From contig JAQGDQ010002492.1 in assembly GCA_030141605.1 (NCBI GenBank), positions 1 to 18,740 on the forward strand: a DNA stretch of 18,740 nucleotides, read 5' to 3'. The position numbers and the translations under genes are program-made. Positions 1 to 8,764 of the stretch are shown piece by piece (positions within the stretch are counted from its first letter, which is position 1; each line of letters begins with the position of its first letter). Source of the stretch: Tubiluchus corallicola. Its lineage: Eukaryota; Animalia; Priapulida. Below the pieces are notes generated by a model that did no database searches, was not told where the DNA came from, and saw nothing but the letters and a program-made list of their open reading frames with translations.

Positions 1-489
1 CAGGTGGTGATGATACATCCATTTGCGAGCAAGCTCACAAAGCATATGATGCACGTTGGAGAATGTGCAGAACTTCTGATGCAAAACGGTTTCTTTGTGG
101 TTGTAGTGGGCTCCAGCGATAATATGGGAGATGTTGCGGAACTGCCCAAGAGCGTACTGAATCTAGTAAATAAAACGGACCTCTCCACCCTCTTTCAGGT
201 AATTAACAGGTCTGATGTCGTAATTAGCACGGATTCAGGGCCGATGCACATAGCTGTTGCGTTAAGTAGGCCGCTTGTGGGGTTGTTTGGCCCAACTGTG
301 AAAGAGTTCGGATTTGCTCCAAATTTCAAGAATTGCAAAATTATTGAGGTGGAGGATCTTGCCTGTAGACCGTGCCACGTCCATGGCAGGGACATATGTC
401 CAAAAAAGCACCTAAGATGCATGAAAGATATAAAACCAGAGCTGGTGCTCCAAGGAGTAAAAGAGCTACTGTATGAAAAAGAGAGGTAA
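1..489 (+). CDS. Glycosyltransferase family 9 (ADP-heptose:LPS heptosyltransferase, WaaF/RfaF-like), 5'-truncated by the window edge
   Basis: Frame is open from base 1. GT9 C-terminal motifs NLVNKTDL, STDSGPMHIAVAL and GLFGPT, plus the Cys-rich tail CRPC-x7-CPKKHLRCMKDI typical of WaaF-like proteins. Stop TAA at 487-489. Confidence 0.85.
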   Translation, partial: QVVMIHPFASKLTKHMMHVGECAELLMQNGFFVVVVGSSDNMGDVAELPKSVLNLVNKTDLSTLFQVINRSDVVISTDSGPMHIAVALSRPLVGLFGPTVKEFGFAPNFKNCKIIEVEDLACRPCHVHGRDICPKKHLRCMKDIKPELVLQGVKELLYEKER

Positions 490-513
490 AGCGGACGCTA
501 TCTTGCGCCCGCT
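490..513. terminator. Candidate hairpin between convergent GT9 and rlpA genes
   Basis: AGCGGACGC-TATCTT-GCGCCCGCT: 9-bp stem with one mismatch, in the 31-bp gap between two convergent stop codons (489 and 521). No strong U-tract. Confidence 0.35.
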
Positions 514-520
514 ACGCCAA

Positions 521-1605
521 TTATCTAATTAAAGGAATGATCATTGCTCCAGGATGGCTATGTTCCAAGCTACCTGCAAATCTTCTGGCTTCTTCTTCCG
601 TCTCAAATCCACCTACAATCACCCTGGAATATAGGCTTTGATTTATCAAACATCGGAGATATATGCATTTTCAAACTGTTCTTTTACTCTCAAGGCGTTC
701 TTCAACTCCAGAAAGGATCCGACCTGCACCCCATACATTCCCAACTTCACATCTTCTGAAGCAGTCTCCATGTCGGGTTCTGCGACGCCAATACTATCGT
801 TGATTTCATCCACAATGTAAGTGTCCATCTCATCAACGGGAGGCAGCGTCCCATTATCCTGGAGGATATCGTGGGCTATACTACTGTCCTTATCCGCCAA
901 CATTACAGCGCTGTTACTGTTATGGGTATTCTCAACATACGCAGATCCTATCCCAACGCCGGAACTTGCCACTATGACCGGATAATCTACCGCTACACTC
1001 TTTGGGACATCAAGGGTTCTGACCCGAACCTCATCGGTTCCGCTGTCGATCATATCTATCCTCGAGGCCGCTGCTTTGGACAGGTCAATAATCCTACCAT
1101 ACTTAAATGGTCCACGATCATTTATCCGCACGGTAGTTTTTTTGTCATTTCTCAAGTTATGCACCTCAACGGTGCTGCCAAAGGGCAGAGTCTTATGAGC
1201 AGCCGTCATGGCGTTCATATTGTATATCTCGCCATTGGCGGTCTTCTTACCATGAAAATCTTTACCATACCAAGAAGCTGAGCCCTCCTGGATAAAACCG
1301 TCCACACTGTCCAGTCTGAGGTATTCTTTTTCCCAAACCACGTACGGCGAACCGTAGAAATAACTTTTTACCACAGCGTCAGGCGCTTCATTTTGGGGAA
1401 GAATGATGTACTTGTTCCCTTTATGGACTATCTCGCTCGCGCTGTCGCTCATGCTGTAGCTGCTGCCATCACTTCTGATGTTTGAATCTGCAGAGCCGGA
1501 ACCGTATTGAGGTGAATTCATCATCTGGGCATTTTTGCCGGTCGTACAACCTGCCAAAAAGATTACGCCACCTAAAATAATGCTATTCATAAGTTTAAAA
1601 TACAA
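521..1605 (-). CDS. rlpA: Septal ring lytic transglycosylase RlpA family lipoprotein (DPBB domain + C-terminal SPOR domain), apparent 1-nt frameshift at ~648-650
   Basis: GGAGG followed by TTG at 1605 gives MYFKLMNSIILGGVIFLAG|C (lipobox). DPBB motifs GSASWYG, TANGE, TAAHKTLP, INDRGPF, RIIDLS. The SPOR domain begins YGVQVGSF. Adding one T to GTTTGA continues the frame as ...ISDVLINQSLYSRVIVGGFETEEEARRFAGSLEHSHPGAMIIPLIR* ending at 521 (~361 aa). Confidence 0.9.
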
Positions 1606-1664
1606 AGCAAATCCCTCCAAAAATTTTAAAGAATATATAAAAATATCGACTACTCCAAAAAAAA

Positions 1665-3819
1665 CTACTTTACCCTATATATTTTATACCATAGAGAATC
1701 CCCATCTATCTTTTCAAAAAGGCTGGGATCGTAAATATCTAAAGAGTATACTCTGAACAAAATTGCTGTTAAAACGCTCCTCATCCAACAGGAAGAGCGT
1801 CAAGCCTAAGTTGCTCGTGCTGATGATACCGTATAGTTTACTATTATTTGCGTAATTCCGCCTATCAAACACCTTGCCATCTTTGGCAATAACCACGCTT
1901 GCAAGCGGATATCGTTGGTTGTAGATACCCTTCTCGAGATCAAGAACGGTGCCATCAGAGCAATCCAAAGAGGTCCATTGCAGGGATTGGCAATTTATGA
2001 TGGAGTACCGCCCACCCTCCCTGGGGCTGTTTTCTTCGAGCTTCCATTCACCCAAATATCTTATGGAGTGAAACTTCCATATCATATCAACAGTATAATA
2101 GATATACACATTCTTGTTTATGATATCCTCGTCATAATTGACTATTTCAGACAAAAGCTCCCTAGCATGCTCAACATCTCCGCCGGAATAATCCTTCATC
2201 CTGGGATCTGTTATCCCCTTCTTAAGAAACTCCTTCATTCCGTTGTTTGACAGGTAGCTCGCTATCGAGTGCATCTCTTTCTGACTGCTCTCGGAGAAGC
2301 TCCTTGCTATCAAGTACGTCTTAGGGGAACTCTGGGTCATACCATCGTGAAACGTCGCAAATTTTGTGGCATATTCCAACGCAAGTCCGTAATCCCACCA
2401 TGTGTACAGGGCTGAACCTTCCGGCAACTTTTCCTTAAGGTCTAAAAATGAACTATAGGTATTGCCGTGGATAGAGGGTCTAGGGTTATGATTTTTGTAC
2501 GCTATAGTCTTATCTACTATGTATAAAACCGACACAAAGACCACGAATAAGATAAGTTTACTGCCAAAACCTTTCACGTTAATTTTATTTAAGATCGGGG
2601 AGTTTAGTTTATCAAAAAACTTTATTCCACCAAATATATTCTTTTTAGAGCATACATTGATCAGCAACTGACAACCATATCCGAGCCCAATTCCCACAAA
2701 GGGAGCCAAAAACATCACAAAACGCATAGATGACATAAAAACCATCAATCCCAAGGCAAAAAGGGGCAATATCGGCAAAATATTCCTGAAATTAGATAGA
2801 AGCATGACGACAAAGAGGAGCAATCCCAGCTCAGCAACGGTAACAGAGCCGGTGATACCGCCTAGAATAACATCGTAAGGTTCGGCACCCGCTTCAGTGA
2901 TTGTGCTGTATACGTTCGGGAAATATGCGCTGCCTTTCGAAACATACTCGGCAAAAAACTTGTACAAGTTGCCCAAACCTAAATAAGAATATACAGGATT
3001 TGTGAATATTACGTAGCAGACGCTTCCAGCTGCTATATCTTTAGCCCCATACCCCTGAAGATACAGGTAAGCCATGAGGACAATCAGGTATATTATATTG
3101 AATCCCGGATGTTCGTACCAAAAGTAGAACAGAAGCATGGAGACCCCAGCTAAAGACGAGTATATGTACAGCCCAAGCTTCTTTTTGTCATCGACATTGC
3201 CGATCATCAGGATGAAGAGGGATGCTAAGATGGGGAAGAATAGATTCAAGAGATCCGTATCGAGGCGCCCGACATTTGTACGAGCGTAATACATGTAGGA
3301 AAAAGAACCCACATACCCTCCGAGAATTCCCGCCAAAGGATAGCCAAATTTAAAGAAATACAGCACTAAGGGTATAACAAAGAGTGTCGCCAGAACGGGG
3401 TTCATAATGTATGCCGCTCTATTCAGGGTGACATCAAGCACATCTGAAACTTTGTACAGAAGGTATGAAAGAAGAGGGGTTGCGTGCGGTTTTCTATTGC
3501 CATCGGGGTAAAACATCAGTTCATCCAGATCATCACTGGCAAACTTTCCATCCTTGATCTCTTCTGCGTATCTGAGCCATTTTGGAGCGTCGAGCGTGCT
3601 GAATATGAGGAGGTTTTCCTCTTGGAGTTCCCCGGATTGCTCATAAGCAATGTCAAACAGCACCTTTCCCTGATCATACCTTTTGTGCAACGAAAGGGCG
3701 AGCAGAAGGCATGTCACAACCGTCACAAAAACTGCAAGTGATATGCTCTGTTTTAGTGGGCATTTGAAGAACTGAACAATTTTCAAGCTGTCAAAACTAT
3801 TCAATGTTTGCCTAAGCAT
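1665..3819 (-). CDS. pglB: STT3/PglB-family oligosaccharyltransferase (protein N-glycosylation), apparent 1-nt frameshift at ~1741-1743
   Basis: Polytopic hydrophobic N-terminal region, acidic catalytic-type motifs (STLDA, GRLDTDLLN, TITE), SMRF, WWDYG (2386-2400) and HDGMTQ. Removing one T at CTCTTTAGAT gives the PglB-like tail FNSNFVQSILLDIYDPSLFEKIDGDSLWYKIYRVK* ending at 1665 (~717 aa). AAGAGG precedes the ATG. Confidence 0.88.
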
Positions 3820-5293
3820 AGTACCTCTTGATAAACTCCGTCAGGAGCCTGACGCCAAACCCGGTAGCCCCCTTGCCCAACCAAGGGTGCTCACTGGAGA
3901 CGTACGATATTCCGGCAACATCCAGATGTATCCACGGGTAGTTATCCTACAAACCGCCTCAAGAAAAGTGCTCCGATAATGGTGCCGGCTTCGGCTTCTG
4001 TACTGATGTTTTGTAGGTCTGCGATATCGCTCTTTATCCTCTTTTCATACTGTTCAAATAGCGGCAGTTCCCAAATATCTTCTCCAAGGTCTATTGCAAG
4101 ATCTGAGATATTTTTGGAGAGAAATTTTCTGTTTGAAAACAGAGATGCGCAATAGGAACCCAGAGCCACAACGGATGCACCCGTAAGGGTAGCAACATCT
4201 ATGATAACTTCCGGATCCGTCTCTAAAGCAACGTGCAGAGCATCAGCCAGGATCAATCTACCCTCTGCATCGGTGTTGAGTATTTCAACAGTCTTTCCGG
4301 AAGCGGACTTGATAATGTCCCCCGGCCTTATGGCAGCGCCTCCGATAATATTTTCAGCTAATGGAATATATGCATTTACATTGACCTTGATGCCCATCTC
4401 AGATATGAGCTTTATGGTGCCAAAGACCGATGCAGCTCCTGCCATATCCCTCTTCATCCCGTGAAGACCGGGCATAACTTTGAGGTTTGTCCCTCCGCTG
4501 TCAAAAGTGATCCCTTTGCCAACCAATGCGACGTTATCGCTCTTTTCAGCATCCCCTTGATAGCTAATCTTGATAAATCGAGGGGGATTAGGGCTCCCTT
4601 GACCAACCGCCGTAACTAGATTCAACCCCTTTTTCTCTATTTCTGCTTCATCCCAAATCTCCACCTTGAGCTTGTCTGATGCGTGGGAAAGGACGATATC
4701 GGCAAAATTCTTAGGGGTCAAAATGTTTGCCGGGCTTTTATCAGGTCTTTCACAAGATTGATATTTTCGTGCGTGCGTTCCCAATTGTGAGCATTTGAGT
4801 CGATATACTTTTTTAGCTTTGTAGAAGAGGTAATGATCTCCACCTCCTCAAGCCAAAAGCTGTCCTTTTTACTCAAATGTTTCTGATAGCTATACAAGCC
4901 GAACATCAAGCCATCAATGAAGGATTTTGTATAGTTAAAGTCGCTATTTTCAGAATAGACGTCTTCCAGTGACAGCATAGAGAAGGAAGATATTTTATCT
5001 GTCCTGATCAGTTTTGAAAACTTGTAGCCCAACTCCATATATATGCGATATTCGTCTGCATCTTTCGGCACGCTCATCAGGTAGACCTTTTTCTTCTTGT
5101 TGAGCTCAATGAAGAAGCTTACGGTTTCATCTTTTTCAAAATTGAAGTAGTCTGATGAAAAGATGTTTTCCATCTCCTCATATAGTTCTTCGCCATACAG
5201 GGGTCGCAAAGACGGGCTGTTTTTATGCACAGGGACAAAAATCGCTCCCTTCTTCGAACCGAGGGCCATCTTCTTTCTGCAGCAAATTTTCAT
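3812..5293 (-). CDS. pepA: Leucyl (cytosol) aminopeptidase, peptidase M17, interrupted by two apparent frameshifts (~4737 and ~3946)
   Basis: M17 motifs VGKGITFDSGG, MKRDMAGAA, NTDAEGRLILAD, DVATLTGA. ORF 4718..5293 is the N-terminal domain and joins ORF 3942..4784 at ...LVKDLI/SPANILTP. After ...LRRFV another frame continues DNYPWIHLDVAGISYVSSEHPWLGKGATGFGVRLLTEFIKRYYA* to 3812. The span is 1482 nt (~493 aa). GAGGA lies upstream of the ATG. Confidence 0.92.
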
Positions 5294-5324
5294 AAATAAG
5301 TATCCTCGCGCAAAATATCTGGCT

Positions 5325-5353
5325 AGGGTAAGCTAATTCATAAAAAAAATCAA
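5325..5353 (-). promoter_or_regulatory. Candidate sigma70-type promoter for pepA-OST-rlpA
   Basis: Minus strand reads TTGATT-N17-TACCCT in the AT-rich divergent intergenic region, about 30 nt upstream of the pepA start. The -10 match is weak. Confidence 0.3.
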
Positions 5354-5450
5354 ATAAAACTTGTCTAATTCGTTTATGGATGTTATTAATTGTGTTCGTT
5401 TATTGATAAGGTTTCGGTTTAGATTTTTATAGAGTGCAAACAATTAAATC

Positions 5451-6215
5451 ATGGGCAAAATAATAACTATAGCAAATCAGAAGGGTGGTGTGGGCAAAAC
5501 TACCACCACGGTCAATCTTGGCGCGTCGCTGGCTTTTGCGGAGGCAAGGGTTCTGATCGTCGACATTGATCCGCAGAGTAATGCGTCGAGCGGATTGGGC
5601 TTTACTCCGGAGTTTGTCAAGAGCTCCATCTATGAGTGTCTTGTGCTGGGCGATGATGTGCGGAACGTTATCCTTAAGACGGATATCCATGGCTTGGACA
5701 TTATACCGAGCAGGATAGACCTAACCGCCGCAGAGATAGAGTTGGTCAATGAAATATCTAGAGAAACAAGGCTTAAAGAACTCCTTGGAAAGATCAAGGA
5801 CGATTATGATTTGATCTTGATCGATTGTCCGCCATCTTTGGGTCTTTTGACCGTCAATGCCTTCACTGCAGCGGATTCTGTCATTATACCTTTGCAGTGC
5901 GAATACTATGCCATGGAGGGTTTGGGACAACTCCTGAACACCATCAAGCTAATCAAAGGCAAGCTAAATTCTGACCTGTTGCTTGAGGGCATCCTGCTGA
6001 CCATGTATGACTCCAGAAATAATCTCTCCAGAGAGGTCGCCGACCAGATACACAGGTTTTTTCCAAAAGAGGTGTTTAAGGCGGTTATCCCGAGGAATGT
6101 TAAGATTTCTGAAGCCCCCAGCTTTGGGAAACCGGTTCTGACATATGACATAAAATCGCGCGGCTCTGCGAGCTACTTGGATCTGGCCAGGGAGCTATTG
6201 GAAAGGATACGATGA
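5451..6215 (+). CDS. parA: Chromosome partitioning ATPase ParA/Soj
   Basis: Deviant Walker A NQKGGVGKTTT, DIDPQSNA, IDCPPSLG, PLQCEYYAMEG, IPRNVKISEAPSFG. 254 aa. ATGA overlap with parB. Confidence 0.97.
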   Translation: MGKIITIANQKGGVGKTTTTVNLGASLAFAEARVLIVDIDPQSNASSGLGFTPEFVKSSIYECLVLGDDVRNVILKTDIHGLDIIPSRIDLTAAEIELVNEISRETRLKELLGKIKDDYDLILIDCPPSLGLLTVNAFTAADSVIIPLQCEYYAMEGLGQLLNTIKLIKGKLNSDLLLEGILLTMYDSRNNLSREVADQIHRFFPKEVFKAVIPRNVKISEAPSFGKPVLTYDIKSRGSASYLDLARELLERIR

Positions 6216-7090
6216 AAAGAGGAACTTTAGGAAGAGGACTTGATTCCCTAATTCCCCAAGAGGAGCCCGTTAAATCTGACGGGACTGCAAGTTTGAGCAA
6301 CAGCATTATCAATGTTGACATACTGGATCTTGTGCCAAACAGCCACCAGCCCCGCAAAACATTCAATCAGGAACAGATGGATGAGCTGAGCAGCTCCATA
6401 AAACAGAACGGCATCATCCAACCTATCCTAGCTTCGAAGCACGGGGAAAAGTTCATGATAATCGCCGGAGAAAGGAGATGGCGAGCAGCAAGCCTTGCAG
6501 GACTTAAGCAAGTGCCCGTGATAGTTAGGGACATAGATGGGGAGCAGGAGCTTGCATCCCTTGCAATCATCGAAAATTTGCAGAGAGAAGACCTAAACCC
6601 TGTGGAGATAGCCCACGCCTATAAACGACTGATGAACGAATTTTCCTACAAACAGGAGGATGTAGCTTCAATCGTTGGCAAGAGCAGAAGCGGCGTCACG
6701 AATACGCTTCGGTTGCTCAATCTTCCGAGCAAAGCTTTGAACGCTATCGAGCAATCCATAATCTCCGAAGGCCACGGCAGAGCGCTTCTCGCCATAGATG
6801 ACACGGACACCCTGCTAGACACCCTGAATGTTGTAATCACAAAAAAACTGTCAGTCAGAGACACTGAAAAACTGACGCATAAAATAAATTCTAAGAAAGA
6901 TACAAAACCCCTTGCAAAAAAGGAACGAAAACCCAACTTGTTTGTAAAAGACTTGGGCCTTGATATCGAACAGGCGATAGGATCAAAAGTAAATATCAAA
7001 GAAGGGGCAAAAGAGAGCGGAGTTATAGAGATATTCTATTCAGACTTTGAAGAGCTCGAAAGGATAGCTTCCACGCTGAGGGATAGATAG
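6212..7090 (+). CDS. parB: Chromosome partitioning protein ParB/Spo0J (CTPase + HTH)
   Basis: N-terminal LGRGLDSLI, QPRKTF, GIIQPI, IIAGERRWRA (Arg patch), IENLQREDLNPVE and HTH VGKSRSGVTNTLRLL. Directly downstream of parA. Confidence 0.97.
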   Translation: MKRGTLGRGLDSLIPQEEPVKSDGTASLSNSIINVDILDLVPNSHQPRKTFNQEQMDELSSSIKQNGIIQPILASKHGEKFMIIAGERRWRAASLAGLKQVPVIVRDIDGEQELASLAIIENLQREDLNPVEIAHAYKRLMNEFSYKQEDVASIVGKSRSGVTNTLRLLNLPSKALNAIEQSIISEGHGRALLAIDDTDTLLDTLNVVITKKLSVRDTEKLTHKINSKKDTKPLAKKERKPNLFVKDLGLDIEQAIGSKVNIKEGAKESGVIEIFYSDFEELERIASTLRDR

Positions 7091-7138
7091 GCGTGTGGTA
7101 AAACGCTCTAAAGACACAAATATGTACGAGGTATATTA

Positions 7139-7561
7139 ATGTTAAAGCAAAACAAGACCACTAATAGAGGGACTTCTGCTGTATCAAAGCCGGATGCTTT
7201 TTTTGGAGAAGCCACATCTTTTAATGGTACATTAGTTTTTGACGGCCTTGTCAGGATTGACGGCAATTTTAGTGGCAATGTCAAGACGAATGACACCCTC
7301 ATTATTGCAGAAACGGGCAATGTCCAAGCAGAAGTAGAGGCTGGCATTGTCAAGATATCCGGCAAGTTTGAAGGCTCCATCGTGGCAAAGCAGATAGTGG
7401 AACTCCACCGACCGGCAAAGGTAAAGGGAGATATCACAACGCCAAACATAATGATAGACGAGGGTTCCACATTCAATGGTCAATGTGTCATGCCAGAACC
7501 TAAGGGGGCAGAATTGCCAACAACGAAGGATGCAAAACCCACAACCAAAGAGCAGGAATAA
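7139..7561 (+). CDS. Bactofilin (polymer-forming cytoskeletal protein, CcmA/DUF583 family)
   Basis: Beta-helix repeats FFGEATSFNGTLVFDGLVRIDGNFSGNV...VKISGKFEGSI...VKGDI...IDEGSTFNGQC, short basic N-terminal tail and low-complexity C-terminal tail. GAGG upstream of the ATG. Confidence 0.92.
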   Translation: MLKQNKTTNRGTSAVSKPDAFFGEATSFNGTLVFDGLVRIDGNFSGNVKTNDTLIIAETGNVQAEVEAGIVKISGKFEGSIVAKQIVELHRPAKVKGDITTPNIMIDEGSTFNGQCVMPEPKGAELPTTKDAKPTTKEQE

Positions 7562-7663
7562 AGAAGCGAAACAACGGACATATTTCTTATAGCAAAAGCG
7601 CTGAAATAATGGCCGGTTTGTGGCAAAATATATATTATTTTTTAGATAACGGGAGATAAGCAT

Positions 7664-8416
7664 ATGAGGACACCTATTATTGCAGGCAACCATAAAATGA
7701 ATCTCACAGCTGATGAGGAGATTAAGTTTTTGAAGGAGCTTTTGGGCTCCGGGATAGATTATTCATCCAGAGAGGTTGTGGTGGCCCCATCGTTTGTGAA
7801 TCTTCACCCTGTGTCAACACTTATGAAGGAGAGCGATAGCAAAATCTCTCTGTTTTCTCAAAATGTTTCCGAAGAGGACTCAGGGGCGTACACCGGAGAA
7901 GTTTCCTGCGGCATGCTCAAAAATATCGGCGTAACTGGTGCCATCATAGGGCATTCAGAAAGAAGAGCTATATATGGGGAAACGGACAGCGTCATCAATG
8001 CAAAAGTAAAAAAAACTTTGTCTGAAGGACTAAGTGTGATACTATGCGTCGGTGAAATGCTGAAAGAGAGAGAGGACGGGGTGCACGTGTCTGTTGTTCT
8101 CTCCCAGGTGGGGCAAGCTTTGCAAGGAATAAGCGAGCTTACGTCCTCACTCGTGATCGCCTATGAGCCGGTGTGGGCAATAGGCACGGGCAGAACCGCA
8201 AGCGCGCAAGATGCCCAGGATATGCATGCTTCCATAAGGGATTACATTGCAGATATCAAATCATCTGCTGATGCGGATGGTCTGCGGATTTTATACGGAG
8301 GAAGCGTCAAAGCCGACAATATTTCAGAGCTTATGGGCATGAAGGATATTGACGGCGCTTTAGTCGGTGGAGCGAGCTTACAAGCTGATGATTTTATCAG
8401 GATAATAAATTATTAG
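7664..8416 (+). CDS. tpiA: Triosephosphate isomerase
   Basis: AGNHKMN, GAYTGEVS, IIGHSERR, AYEPVWAIGTG, ILYGGSV, DIDGALVGGASL. GGGAGA RBS. 250 aa. Confidence 0.98.
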   Translation: MRTPIIAGNHKMNLTADEEIKFLKELLGSGIDYSSREVVVAPSFVNLHPVSTLMKESDSKISLFSQNVSEEDSGAYTGEVSCGMLKNIGVTGAIIGHSERRAIYGETDSVINAKVKKTLSEGLSVILCVGEMLKEREDGVHVSVVLSQVGQALQGISELTSSLVIAYEPVWAIGTGRTASAQDAQDMHASIRDYIADIKSSADADGLRILYGGSVKADNISELMGMKDIDGALVGGASLQADDFIRIINY

Positions 8417-8456
8417 AAGTGATTTTTGATTACCAAACACTTTACAAGGAGAAAAA

Positions 8457-8762
8457 ATGTACCCTATCATTCTTGCACTGCACATAGTGACCTGTATTTT
8501 ACTGATCGTTTCCGTGCTTCTACAATCCGGAAAGGGGTCTAGTCTTAGCGCCGCTTTTGGAGGCGGTGGTGAAATGTTCGGCCCTGGAACGTCGGCGACA
8601 GTCATGAACAAGATCACGACCGTACTCGCAGCAGCTTTTCTGATCTTATCCCTCACCTTGGCTGCCATATCTACTACAAAAACTTCCAGCTCGGTCATAG
8701 ATAGGGTTACCATTCCAGCTCCGATTACCAATACAGAACAAGGTACTGCGGACACTCAGTAA
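8457..8762 (+). CDS. secG: Preprotein translocase subunit SecG
   Basis: Two hydrophobic helices around VLLQSGKGSSLSAAFGGG. Follows tpiA, a common gene order. AAGGAG RBS. Confidence 0.95.
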   Translation: MYPIILALHIVTCILLIVSVLLQSGKGSSLSAAFGGGGEMFGPGTSATVMNKITTVLAAAFLILSLTLAAISTTKTSSSVIDRVTIPAPITNTEQGTADTQ

Positions 8763-8764
8763 AG

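Noticed and set aside
361-423. Novel metal-binding Cys cluster in the GT9 C-terminus
   Set aside because: A CxPC...C...C tail is a familiar feature of WaaF-like heptosyltransferases.
2341-2356. parS site (CGTGAAAC half-site; also TGTTTCAC near 16585)
   Set aside because: Only half-sites within coding sequence, with no 16-bp palindrome.
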